From NCBI GenBank assembly GCA_973895155.1, contig OZ316891.1:15717037-15781036 (forward strand): a stretch of 64,000 bases of DNA. The letters run 5' to 3'. This stretch comes from Marsupella aquatica (lineage: Eukaryota; Plantae; Marchantiophyta). Of this stretch, positions 36,567 to 49,400 are shown piece after piece. Under the pieces are notes generated by a model. The model was not told the DNA's origin and made no database searches. It worked only from the letters and a program-made list of their open reading frames with translations. Numbering within the stretch: the first letter of the stretch is position 1; each line of letters begins with the position of its first letter. The position numbers and the translations under genes were made by a program.

Positions 36567-39321
36567 GGTAATGGTAATGGTAATGGTAATGTATTATAAG
36601 CTCCGGGACCATGAAAGTCAAAGGAGCTGCCACAAAAAGTAAAGTACAATGCAATCAAAGAAAAGAGCAACCAAAAGAGATTGCTCAGAAGAGGACAACT
36701 ATGTCCTCAAAGAAACTATGGACCTAGAGAGCCCTATGGACCTAGAGAGCCCTGAAAGATTTTCCAAACCTATTCTCCTTTCCCTATCCACCGCAAAGAT
36801 ATATCTTCCAAGTTGCTGAGGGGGCAGACCAAACAATGCATACAAATCTTTCACCAAGATTTGAGATGCCATCCTAACCCCCTCATAAAACTTGCAAGCA
36901 ATGAATACATGATATTCATTCTCTATACTAGAGCTATCACATAGTTGACAAACCCTCTTTTTCCTGTCAATATCCTTCCATCTCCCTTGTTCTACTTCAA
37001 GGTGGTGTGAGCTTAGTCTATACTGAGCAATAAGTTGTCTAAGTTGTACTGAGATAGTGCTAGATAAGTATTCTTGTTCTCGATATTTCTTCATGGGGTT
37101 CACATCTCTCATGTAGTATTGTTGCCGTGGGCTAGGTTCATGCCAAAGTTTGTGCAAAGCCTTTTGCTCAAGTTTTGCTCTTAGCTTGGTTGGGTGTGTT
37201 GGCCATTCATGTTCAGGAAAATCCCAAGCATGGGCCCACCTGCACACATCTGCATACCACCCTTTAGCTGAAGATGAGCGCAAGGCATGAAAAGGAAATC
37301 TGTTTTCCTCCAACTCTCTTACACGCATGATGTATTTGAGTGTGTGGAAGAGTGCCTCCACCTCCAAAGGAAACAAGCCTGCCTCTGCAAGTGTAAGTGC
37401 ATATGGGGTTTGTGACTTGATCCCAAGCTCCATCTCAAGAAATAGCTTTTGCAGCCCCTCAATCTGTTGCCACCCAGATTTAGACACACCTGCTCCCCAA
37501 ATTGGTGCTCCATAAAGAATGACTGGTTTCACCAAAGCTCCAAAGAGATGTTTCCTTAACCTCCAAGTGTGTAGACCAGCTCTTTTGCATTTGTTCATGA
37601 ATGCATAAAAAGCTCTGTACCCATTGGCAGCCCTAGATTTTACACATGAGGCCCAACTCAAGTTTTGAGAGAACTCCACCCCAAGGTATTTGTAGGTCCT
37701 CACAAATTCCACCAGATTCCCTTGGAAGTAGAGCTCTGGATTTTGTCGTGTGCCAATGCCCAAACACTTGGTCTTCTTGAGGTTGACTACCATCCCTGTT
37801 GCTTGACAAAACTCCTCCAAGGCATTGAGATGTCTTTGCAAAGCTTCTTGAGCATGAGCAAGTAGGACCACATCATCTGCAAATATAAGAAGTTGGAGGA
37901 CAAACCTACCCAATTGAGTGCCAACTCCACCATGCTCCTCCAAAATGTTGTGTAGCTGATCAATGAAGATGCCAAAGAGAGTTGGTGAGAGAGGACAACC
38001 TTGGATCACCCCAAGAGTGCTCCAGATTTCTTCAGAGGTTTCCTTTGAAAGTTTGATGCGCACTTCTTGGTACAATTTAGAAACAGCCAACCTGAGCTCT
38101 TCCGGCACTTCCAACTCCACCATCCTATCCCAAAGCTTGGATCGGGAAACTTTGTCAAAGGCCTTGGAGAAGTCCACAAACAAGCAAAATAATGGTTTAT
38201 GTGGAGATTTGGCCTTTTCACACAACACCCTCAAGCAGAGAATGTGATCCATAGTGCTGAATTCTCTCCTAAAACCTGCTTGTGAAGGTGCCCTTTTCAT
38301 CTCACTCTCCAACCAAGAGCTTAATCTGGCTTCAAGTAGTCCTCCCAAAACTTTAGCAAAAATATTGCCTACCATGATGGTTCTGTAGTTGTGCACATCG
38401 TCCTTGTTGCCTGCCTTGAAAATAGGCACCACTCTTCTGGTCATCCAAGCTTTAGGTAAACCTAAAGCCATTGCTTGATTCAGCTCATGCACCAAGTTTG
38501 TTAGTAAAGAGGGTCCTCCCCACAAAAGAAGCTCCAAGTTCAGGCCCAACAGATCTTTAGCTTTCCCATGTTGCATGTGGGAAAGATGCACCTTCACCTC
38601 CCTCTCTGTAAACTGAATGGTGTCCCCAAGGGGCAAAGGCATGCCACTAGCATCTGGAAAGAAATACAAGGATGTGACATAGGTTACCAGGTCCTGGTGA
38701 TCCAAGGGGGGAGTAGTCTTGCCTGATTGCATTCTCTCCCAAAAACGTTTTGGATGTTTGATGAACTCCTCACATAGTGATTGTTGATGACTCTTCAAGA
38801 AGCACCTCTTCTTGTGTTTGATGAAGTTCTTGTACATAGTGAATGCCAAAAGTCTCTTTTCCCCTGAATGTGATCTTGCTTGCATCCTTGCTCTAGCACA
38901 ATCCTCGTCAAACCAAGCCTTCATGTTTTGCTTTCTAGGGGGTTTGGTGGAGAAAGTAGAGGCTGCTGCTTGTGCTATGACTTCTGAGAGCTCAATCTGA
39001 TCATCCAGGGTATGGAGAAGATGTTCAAAGTTGGCTTTGAAGATGACTTCTCTATCAGGGTCTAGAAACAGAGGTTTGGGTACTGGCTTTCTATGCACTT
39101 TGTTTGGGATTGTGGTCAGGTCAAGATGGAACAACAAAGGCAAGTGTGAAGACTCTGGTTGTTGATCAAGTATTTGAAAGTCAACCACTCTAGTGGCAAA
39201 GGTAGGTGAGGCAAGAAGGTAATCAATGGTACTACATCCTTGTTTAGATCTAAAAGTGTAACCAGATGATTGGGGAAATCTCTCAAGCCCATTCAATATT
39301 CTTAGATTACAAGAAGCTCCC
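36567..39321 (-). mobile_element. 5'-truncated LINE (RTEX/L2-like, copy 2a) with open 865-aa ORF2 portion
   Basis: ORF 36699-39296 nearly identical to 46631-49834; (CATTAC)n tail at 36567-36592. Confidence 0.95.
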
Positions 39322-39324
39322 TCT

Positions 39325-39973
39325 ACTCAAGTTTTGAGAGAACTCCACCCCAAGGTATTTGTAGGTCCTCACAAATTCCACCAGATTCCCTTGGAAGTAG
39401 AGCTCTGGATTTTGTCGTGTGCCAATGCCCAAACACTTGGTCTTCTTGAGGTTGACTACCATCCCTGTTGCTTGACAAAACTCCTCCAAGGCATTGAGAT
39501 GTCTTTGCAAAGCTTCTTGAGCATGAGCAAGTAGGACCACATCATCTGCAAATATAAGAAGTTGGAGGACAAACCTACCCAATTGAGTGCCAACTCCACC
39601 ATGCTCCTCCAAAATGTTGTGTAGCTGATCAATGAAGATGCCAAAGAGAGTTGGTGAGAGAGGACAACCTTGGATCACCCCAAGAGTGCTCCAGATTTCT
39701 TCAGAGGTTTCCTTTGAAAGTTTGATACGCACTTCTTGGTACAATTTAGAAACAGCCAACCTGAGCTCTTCAGGCACTTCCAACTCCACCATCCTATCCC
39801 AAAGCTTGGATCGGGAAACTTTGTCAAAGGCCTTGGAGAAGTCCACAAACAAGCAAAATAATGGTTTATGTGGAGATTTGGCCTTTTCACACAACACCCT
39901 CAAGCAGAGAATGTGATCCATAGTGCTGAATTCTCTCCTAAAACCTGCTTGTGAAGGTGCCCTTTTCATCTCA
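39325..39973 (-). mobile_element. Extra internal RT fragment of the same LINE (copy 2b) fused to the 5' end of copy 2a
   Basis: Duplicates ~37656-38304 with a few SNPs. TSD TCAAT (36562-36566 / 39971-39975) brackets 2a and 2b together. Confidence 0.9.
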
Positions 39974-42900
39974 ATCTCCTTTTATCCGCCTTCTTGGGAA
40001 TTAACTTGATAATCCCCAGCTTTACGTTGCACGCCAGTTCGCCAGTAGTCCAGAACGCCAGAATCATTCTCAACAAATCCTTGTTTAAGAAGTCCCAACA
40101 CTTCACTTTAGCTGTTAATCCGTCGGGCCCTGGTGCTTTATCAGTCGGGAACAACCACAAAGTATCCTTTACTTCCTCTAGTGTTGGTGGTTGCTCTAAC
40201 TTTGATAGTTCCATGGCAGAAAGAGCCTTCCGTGTGTTGGAGAACAGCCTCCTCCGTGCAGCTTGAACCTCCCGTGACTCACTTCTTGTCACTTTGTCAT
40301 GTGCCTCATATAATGCCGCAAATTGCTTTTTTATCTCCGCCATCATTAGGCTTTCCTGAGTAATTGACCTACCATCATCTAGTAGCAGCCCACACGTGGT
40401 CTCTCTCATTCTCTTGGTTTTTAGCATGGCAAAGTAGAATTTTGATGGCTCATCTCCCTGGCCCGGCCATTTGATGCGTGAGAGACGTCAACTTTGCATG
40501 GCATCCTCATGCTCAGCAATCCTTACCTGCTCCTCAGTGGTAGCAAAATCTTTCAGATCATCTTCAGAGTAGTTTGCAGGAGTTCTAGTTTCAGAGAGCG
40601 TAGCCGCTCACGGAGAATCGTGACTTCCTCCATTCGGCCCGACGATTCCCTTTGGAGTCCCATATATACTCCTGCCTTAGTCTCCTGCAAGCTTGATGAA
40701 ACCTGATGTGTGGCTCTGCATTGCTGACAGCGACCCCTCTCCAGGCAGACCTGAGCCTGTCCATATTATCTGCATCCTTGAGTAGGCCCGCATTAGCTTT
40801 GAAGTATGTCGACTTCCAATGCGTATCTGGGGTAGTTGCGACTGTTAGCCGACATCTAATGATACACGGGTCATGGTCTGAAAGAGCCAAACTCCCCTCA
40901 TGCAATAATTCTTCTACACTTCCTGTCCACCATCCTCGCTCGCTGAAGTAGAATCTGTCAAGTCGTGATTGCACAATCCTACCATTGATGATCCTTCTCC
41001 AAGTGAAGTTGGAACCCGTACATTTCTGACTAATGTTGATGGCATCCACTAAGTCAAAACGCATTTTCAAAAATCTCCAGCTAGAATTCCTCCTCCCTCC
41101 CGCAAATGAGAGGGGAAGGACCCGAAGTATCATTACACCTTTTGTCATATTGAAATCTCCGCACATTATCCAATTATCCTGCGGTAGTGAGGCCTTCAGT
41201 TCATGCCAGAGTAGCGCCCTCTCCCTGGCTAGATTAGGTGCGTAGATACTTACCAGGCCAAATTTACCCTCTTGGTGCTCCACTTGTACCCAAACTTCCT
41301 GACCCTTGTCAATGGTCCCTGATTTGATAATCGTGAGCGATGGGTGAAGCAGTAAAGACATTCCTCCACGTCCATCATCGTAAGCAGAAGAGAAATGGTA
41401 ATGGTAATGGTAATGGTAATTGGGCAAATGAGCTCTTAAGGCTATGTCTAATCTAAACTGCTCAGCCTTAACTTGTTGTAAGGCAAGTGTTGTAAGTGGT
41501 ATCTTCAATGAGATGAGCCAATTCTTAACGATCTGTTTCCTATTTGGGTCACACAATCCGCATACGTTCCAAGAAGCAAATGACAGAAGAGCACTTGTCA
41601 TTATCGTTTGCGGACCCACCTACGTACCATCCTTTATTCAATTCAGAGAATTGAAGCCAATCTTGAGCTTCCTGGAGAGAGTTTATTCTCAGGGAGACCC
41701 CATCCAACATCATGTATCCTTCCGCGTCCGTCATCCTGCTCCTCCAATTGCCTTCCTTTGCGCCGTGCTTGATCTTCTATATTGAGACGATCTCTGTAAG
41801 GAGAGCGAGCAATTCTTGCCACCGGATATTGCAAAGATCTCACCTTCTTATTATCCTTCCTTGTATTGTCATTCCTCTTAACAAAAGGAGGAGTTCTCAG
41901 CTCGAGCTTCATCGCTCTTTCCTTCTTCAGTTGGCTTTTTGTGATGTATTCTTTGTATTCAGACATCTCAATATCAGAGCCCCCTTGATAGGATTGATTC
42001 TCTCCGTCCCCACTTCCATCTTGTGCAGCTTCATACTCCTCAATCGTTGTTAGCTCTTTGACCCTCACCGGACCTAGCCGTAGAGAGTCATCGGGCGAAG
42101 CACCAAGCGACCCGTAGTTGCCAGCAGTTTGCCTAGTCCTAAGAGTTTCCTTACTGACCGCCAAGGCTGGCCATGCATCTGGATTCAAGTCCTCAATAGT
42201 GTTCTGATTGCCACTATGATTCTCTTGAGTCTGATCCTGATCATAGACGCTTGCGGCCACGTGCGTCTCCCTATTTGCGGCAGAAAGAGACGAAACCCTG
42301 TAATCATGTGCGTTCCCCTCACTGCTCCTTGTTCTCTGGTCTAATCTATTCAGTGACTCCGTGTTCCTCCCTGCTTCTGCTCTCTACTCCGTGTCCAAAG
42401 GTTTGTGGATCCCTTCCACTTCCCTGAGCACGCTCGTCTCTCTTGTTGCAGTAATAGTCTGGTGATTCTCCCTTCGGGAGGAGTGCGGCACACTGGGTCG
42501 TTGTTCTCTCAACATGTAATTGACAACGCCTCTTGCACCATTGCTAGTATCATGACAAGACGTATTCAGACTTGTGAAGGCCCCCTGGCTTCCACCAGCC
42601 GGGATATCCGCCGCCATCTTTGCTTCTTTAGATATTTCTCCCGCCCTCTCGCTTATCGTGGGGTCCCGGTTTGTTTCATTGATTTTGGTGGTGTTCTCCT
42701 CCTGCTTGAGTGCTTTGCAGTCCCTTGCTAAGTGGCCCTTTTGGTTGCATTTGAAACAATGATATGGTATATTCTTGAATACTACTGGCTGCCAAATCGT
42801 GATGCCCGCAGTAATGTCTACTCCAATGCAGCGTGGTACTTCTCTGCCTGTGTCCCACAATATACAGGTCCTATCATGGGGGAAAGAACTGTGCTCATTG

Positions 42901-44158
42901 CCTTGTATGTAGTAGAGAACCTTCCCAAATGACTCGGCAATTCGTTTCCTGCATCCCTCCAGTACTAATGCTCAAAATGGTAGCTCAATCCAAACTGGCA
43001 ACTTCGTGTATGAGTCGCTACTTGCATCAAACGAGGGATCCCAAGGAAAAGGAAATACAAATTTCCAGTCCATGAAGAAGGGGGCCAGTTCCAAAGCTGC
43101 GTCTCAATGCTCTGGAAATTCAAACGTGATCACATAAAAATTCTTCCCAGCGAATTTGATTTGAGTTATCGCCCAGCCCAAGTCGCGGTTAAATACCGAT
43201 TCGGCCCAGTCCCTGAAAATTGGTAGGAGTGGTGGGCGGTCTGTGAAATAGCACATCAAAGTCAAAGTCAAATTCGTTGTATAGTTCAAAATCATTGTGT
43301 AGTTGTATAGTTATGTAATAGAGAGAGTAGCCTCCTCTATAGACCACTGAATCCTGGTGTGGAGCGTGTTAGGCCAATCACCAGTGGAGCTGATGGCAAT
43401 TTTCCGTAACATTTCCAAACATGTATTTGGAAGTTCATCAGAGAGCTCAGCAAAGTCATCCTCATTAGTATGTTGAGTTCTTGCTGCATTACCGTTCTGT
43501 GGCTGCCTACTGCTTTCTCTTGGTCTTAGCTCCTCCTGTTGAGCATGGCTTGCAACCTCTAGCTACAGTCCCTGTGCTTCTATAGTGTGGGACCTCGGCC
43601 CTCTCGGGGGACCCACTGCATTTTGTACCAGAACAACATCAGGAGTTGAGTTCCTAGGTGCCCCTCTCTTGCTTGCAGGCGAGTTAGGTCTCGAGGAATG
43701 GTGAGCCTGTAATTCGAGTTCCACCGCTTCCTCCGCCTCTTGTATGTCTAAGTCCATCTGATTGGCCCATGAAGGTTTGGAGCGTGGGATGAACCTTTTG
43801 CTGCTAGGCCTGTTGCCTTTATCTGTAGTTGCTTGGCGCCCATCCGCATTGCCAAATAGATCAGAAGGAGAAAACTTTGGCCCGCCCTAGCATCTTGCAG
43901 GGACAACCTTGTGCTACCGGACCGCTCCCCAACCCATCGTCCTCCTTCTTCCTCTTCAATTCGTCTGACACCTAGAACGGAGGGATCCCGTCCATCCCCT
44001 CCCATATCCATCGATCGATTCTAGTGAAAAGAGCCCATAGTAGAAGATAGTGTCGATCCACACCCAGGGCCCTGACCATAGCCAATTTGCGTCCGAGGTC
44101 CCACCCCGCTAAAAGGATCCATCTATTCTAGTCGTGATGCTTAGCAACCAACTCCTTG

Positions 44159-44422
44159 TGTGGTGCGTCCCATGGCTCCCTAAACCCAAGAAACCCCCCT
44201 ACACAAGCTGATTCCCGCAGGTTTTGCTCTCGGCAAGGCCGGTTCCGCGGCTTAGCGGCATGGGACGCTGCTAACTCTCTATTAACATTTTACGCACATA
44301 TACTGGACAGATCCTTCATCGGGTCATGAGATACGTAGCCGACCTATTCTATGCCTTCCCTTGTCTTCCTCTCGTGGTCTTCTTTTAGGTATGTTTGGAT
44401 TCTGCCGCCGGAATGATCCCCA
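44159..44422 (-). mobile_element. Terminal fragment of the 51427-56138 element family
   Basis: tgtggtgcgtcccatggctccctaaacccaagaa...gccggaatgatcccca matches 51427-51699 and is cut by a CACTA end. Confidence 0.85.
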
Positions 44423-45282
44423 CATTAGAAGAATCCGAGGTGAACTGAGACCGCAATATGTGACTCATTTTGGCTCATGTGACTTCATTGTGGCTCAACG
44501 TGACATGACCCACGTTGTGACCCTTGGAGTTGCAAAAGTTGAGACCAAAAAATGGAAGTCACTATTTGATACTGGGCTTTGCAACTTCCTTGATACCCAT
44601 TTGTGACTGATCTATGACTTTATTGTGGAGTCTAACCTTGTTTCTACGTGACTGCAGTATGACTTTAACAAGTCACATGGTAAGTCACATACATGACTTA
44701 CTCGCATTCAACAATGACTACCTTGTGACCATTTAGTGTCACAAGATAGACCAATGGAGACCCTGGCCCGGGTCACACAACAGAACCATTTGGGACTCTA
44801 TATACTCATGTTTATAACTAATAAGGTTCACATGTAAGTTGTAACCATGACTAATGAACACAAAGGGACAGTTCATAAGGAGAGAGAGCACTCCACATTA
44901 CAATACATAGAAACACTGATGTTCTAACTTTAGAAATATAACACATTGAATACAAGAAATGAACATAGCATGAATGACATCCACATGAAATAAAGCATCA
45001 TATAAGCAGATCCTACACAAAACATTCATAAAAATTAAACAGAATCACAATCTTGCTAAAAAATGAAGATCATTTGAATTCCAATGGAATAGTTTACAAT
45101 ATGATCAATGTAATTCAGACAAAACAGGAACTCATAACTGATGACTGCAGGATGAGATAACTGAAAGCACATGCATGATACTATGAATCTCCAAGAGGAC
45201 ATGATTCTTGTACTTTTTCTTGAGATCTAAAATCAACATAATATGACTCACACTACAAACAAATAATGGCATGACATTGTTA
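44423..45282. mobile_element. Orphan left end of a second copy of the CACTA element
   Basis: CATTAGAAGAATCC (CACTA with C>T); aligns with 46132-46453 and 49960-50215 and retains ~295 bp missing from that copy. Confidence 0.85.
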
Positions 45283-46453
45283 AAGTACGCCTACTGTTAC
45301 TTACGGACACCGCCTAGGTATGGTTTGTGTTCCACCGCCGGAACGTACCTTAGTCGATAGCAGGATCAACCCCGGCTTACGGGCTTCTAAGCCTTTGTGT
45401 TGTCCGCCTTTGATCCAGATTTGATGATACGGTCACTCAACCCGGGCTCGCAACCACCTACCCGCAAGCTGCACCCCGTGCATGGCTCGGGTTGTGCATT
45501 TGGCCAAGCATTGGCACCCATACACGAGATTCACACATATACACACACAAGCATACAATCTTGATTTACACAAAGGAAATAATGGGAAAGGAGTTTACTA
45601 CATAGGAGACATACACGTACCCTTAGTTGACCCAAAAGCTCTTGAAAGAACAGGTCCAAGGCCGAGGGTGTACACTACAATGGAGCCCGGCTCCGCACTC
45701 GCCCAGCAAGCCTAGTCCTACCCCCTCCCCTTGGTACTCCAACTCTGAGACTAAAAAACCCCCCTTGCCTCTACCGAGGGGTGCACTAAATACTAAGGGC
45801 CGAGGACCGGAGTGGCCTCAAGCCCAAATATTCACTAACTAAGATCCTAACTAAGCTGGCTATCAGGCCGAAAAATGGCTCCTTTTATTAGAAGATTCTA
45901 ATCTACGCAGGCTGGACAGTATGGCAGCACCGCTTTAACTAGGGCAGACGCTTGTCCCTATAGCCCGATTTAGCTACTCTTAACTCTATTTTAATCCTAC
46001 TCCGCCGCTAATGCCTGGCACGCTTGCCAGAGCCGCCCAAGTGGGAGCGGCTATCCCACTGCCTCCTGAGCCTATCGGCATTCTGCTTGAGTAGCTGGAC
46101 TTGATCCAATAGAGATTCGTTCTCTCGCTTTCACTAGAAGAATCCAAGGTGAACTGAGACCGCAATATGTGACTCATTTTGGCTCATATGACTTCATTGT
46201 GACTCAACGTGACGTGACCCACGCTGTGACCCTTGGAGTTGCAAAAGTTGAGACCAAAAAATGGAAGTCACTATTGATACTGGGCTTTGCAACTTCCTTG
46301 ATACCCATTTGTGACTGATCTGTGACTTTATTGTGGAGTCCAGCCTTGTTTCTACGTGACTGCAATATGACTTTAACGAGTCACATGGTAAGTCACATAC
46401 ATGACTTACCCGCATTCAACCCGCATTCAACAACGACTAGCTTGTGACCATTT

Positions 46454-49400
46454 AAAGGGCTAAGGATTTGGTTGGATGATGATCTGACTCCCACACAAGT
46501 CCAAGCAAGGAAAATTGAGCTTGAGAAGGTGAGGGTAGCCAAAGACCAAGGATTGGTAGCCTACTTGCGCAATGGACAAGCTGTTGTTACCAATAAGAAG
46601 AGAGTTGTTTCTAAATGATGGATTGGGACCTTGAGAGTCATGGCATGGAATGTTTCAGGACTTTCCATAGAAACAGCAATTGGAGGGGAACCTTTGTTTG
46701 AGAATTTTGACATCTTGCTTTTCACGGAGACTTGGGAATATGAGGGAAATGCTCTACCTAGCATTAAAGGCTTTACTTGCATACAATCCATCTTCAATGA
46801 GAAGAAGACCACACGGGGAAGAGGGTTTGGAGGCATTGCTGTCTACACCAAGAATCAACTTCAACACATCACCTCTATTGAACATGAAGATCCCAGCAAG
46901 CAGTTCATGGTGGTGAGACTTCATACCAGAGGTACTCCATCATTTCTGATTGTCACCTACTTTGCTCCCCTTAATATGAATGTCTATAAGATGGGAATTG
47001 CTGATGTACATTATCCATTTCATAGGTTAATCCAAGTCATTCATGATATATCACCACTAGGGGAGACATGGATAGTGGGGGACTTTAATGCCAGGGTATC
47101 TAATGAACAATTTACTGAAAGTGAGGACTTAGGAACTTTACCTTGGTCATCATGTAGTGAAGAGATACCTTGGGTGAGAGAGGCTCTTGACACCAGAACA
47201 AATGACATGACACGTCACTTTTTGCATTTGGGAGCTTCTTGTAATCTAAGAATATTGAATGGGCTTGAGAGATTTCCCCAATCATCTGGTTACACTTTTA
47301 GATCTAAACAAGGATGTAGTACCATTGATTACCTTCTTGCCTCACCTACCTTTGCCACTAGAGTGGTTGACTTTCAAATACTTGATCAACAACCAGAGTC
47401 TTCACACTTGCCTTTGTTGTTCCATCTTGACCTGACCACAATCCCAAACAAAGTGCATAGAAAGCCAGTACCCAAACCTCTGTTTCTAGACCCTGATAGA
47501 GAAGTCATCTTCAAAGCCAACTTTGAACATCTTCTCCATACCCTGGATGATCAGATTGAGCTCTCAGAAGTCATAGCACAAGCAGCAGCCTCTACTTTCT
47601 CCACCAAACCCCCTAGAAAGCAAAACATGAAGGCTTGGTTTGACGAGGATTGTGCTAGAGCAAGGATGCAAGCAAGATCACATTCAGGGGAAAAGAGACT
47701 TTTGGCATTCACTATGTACAAGAACTTCATCAAACACAAGAAGAGGTGCTTCTTGAAGAGTCATCAACAATCACTATGTGAGGAGTTCATCAAACATCCA
47801 AAACGTTTTTGGGAGAGAATGCAATCAGGCAAGACTACTCCCCCCTTGGATCACCAGGACCTGGTAACCTATGTCACATCCTTGTATTTCTTTCCAGATG
47901 CTAGTGGCATGCCTTTGCCCCTTGGGGACACCATTCAGTTTACAGAGAGGGAGGTGAAGGTGCATCTTTCCCACATGCAACATGGGAAAGCTAAAGATCT
48001 GTTGGGCCTGAACTTGGAGCTTCTTTTGTGGGGAGGACCCTCTTTACTAACAAACTTGGTGCATGAGCTGAATCAAGCAATGGCTTTAGGTTTACCTAAA
48101 GCTTGGATGACCAGAAGAGTGGTGCCTATCTTCAAGGCAGGCAACAAGGACGATGTGCACAACTACAGAACCATCATGGTAGGCAATATTTTTGCTAAAG
48201 TTTTGGGAGGACTACTTGAAGCCAGATTAAGCTCTTGGTTGGAGAGTGAGATGAAAAGGGCACCTTCACAAGCAGGTTTTAGGAGAGAATTCAGCACTAT
48301 GGATCACATTCTCTGCTTGAGGGTGTTGTGTGAAAAGGCCAAATCTCCACATAAACCATTATTTTGCTTGTTTGTGGACTTCTCCAAGGCCTTTGACAAA
48401 GTTTCCCGATCCAAGCTTTGGGATAGGATGGTGGAGTTGGAAGTGCCGGAAGAGCTCAGGTTGGCTGTTTCTAAATTGTACCAAGAAGTGCGCATCAAAC
48501 TTTCAAAGGAAACCTCTGAAGAAATCTGGAGCACTCTTGGGGTGATCCAAGGTTGTCCTCTCTCACCAACTCTCTTTGGCATCTTCATTGATCAGCTACA
48601 CAACATTTTGGAGGAGCATGGTGGAGTTGGCACTCAATTGGGTAGGTTTGTCCTCCAACTTCTTATATTTGCAGATGATGTGGTCCTACTTGCTCATGCT
48701 CAAGAAGCTTTGCAAAGACATCTCAATGCCTTGGAGGAGTTTTGTCAAGCAACAGGGATGGTAGTCAACCTCAAGAAGACCAAGTGTTTGGGCATTGGCA
48801 CACGACAAAATCCAGAGCTCTACTTCCAAGGGAATCTGGTGGAATTTGTGAGGACCTACAAATACCTTGGGGTGGAGTTCTCTCAAAACTTGAGTTGGGC
48901 CTCATGTGTAAAATCTAGGGCTGCCAATGGGTACAGAGCTTTTTATGCATTCATGAACAAATGCAAAAGAGCTGGTCTACACACTTGGAGGTTAAGGAAA
49001 CATCTCTTTGGAGCTTTGGTGAAACCAGTCATTCTTTATGGAGCACCAATTTGGGGAGCAGGTGTGTCTAAATCTGGGTGGCAACAGATTGAGGGGCTGC
49101 AAAAGCTATTTCTTGAGATGGAGCTTGGGATCAAGTCACAAACCCCATATACACTTACACTTGCAGAGGCAGGCTTGTTTCCTTTGGAGGTGGAGGCACT
49201 CTTCCACACACTCAAATACATCATGCGTGTAAGAGAGTTGGAGGAAAACAGATTTCCTTTTCATGCCTTGCGCTCATCTTCAGCTAAAGGGTGGTATGCA
49301 GATGTGTGCAGGTGGGCCCATGCTTGGGATTTTCCTGAACATGAATGGCCAACACACCCAACCAAGCTAAGAGCAAAACTTGAGCAAAAGGCTTTGCACA

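Larger units (their letters stand above)
34453..44150 (-). mobile_element. Decayed near-full-length L1 LINE (ORF1 with CCHC knuckle; ORF2 APE-RT-zf-RVT) interrupted by a younger LINE
   Basis: CFKCNQKGHLARDC (42384-42860), SWNVCGL...GDFN...SRLDRFY...SDH (40591-41619), KAPGPDG (39966-40427), QGCSLSPLLF...FADN (35625-36209), CGLCCHVPETIPH (34599-35066). 5' boundary approximate. Confidence 0.88.

Noticed and set aside
6568-37589. LINE copies 1 and 2a lie exactly 30,000 bp apart, suggesting an artefact or planted duplicate
   Set aside because: Each has its own TSD and truncation point, and they differ by at least one SNP (6816 t vs 36816 c). Treated as coincidence.
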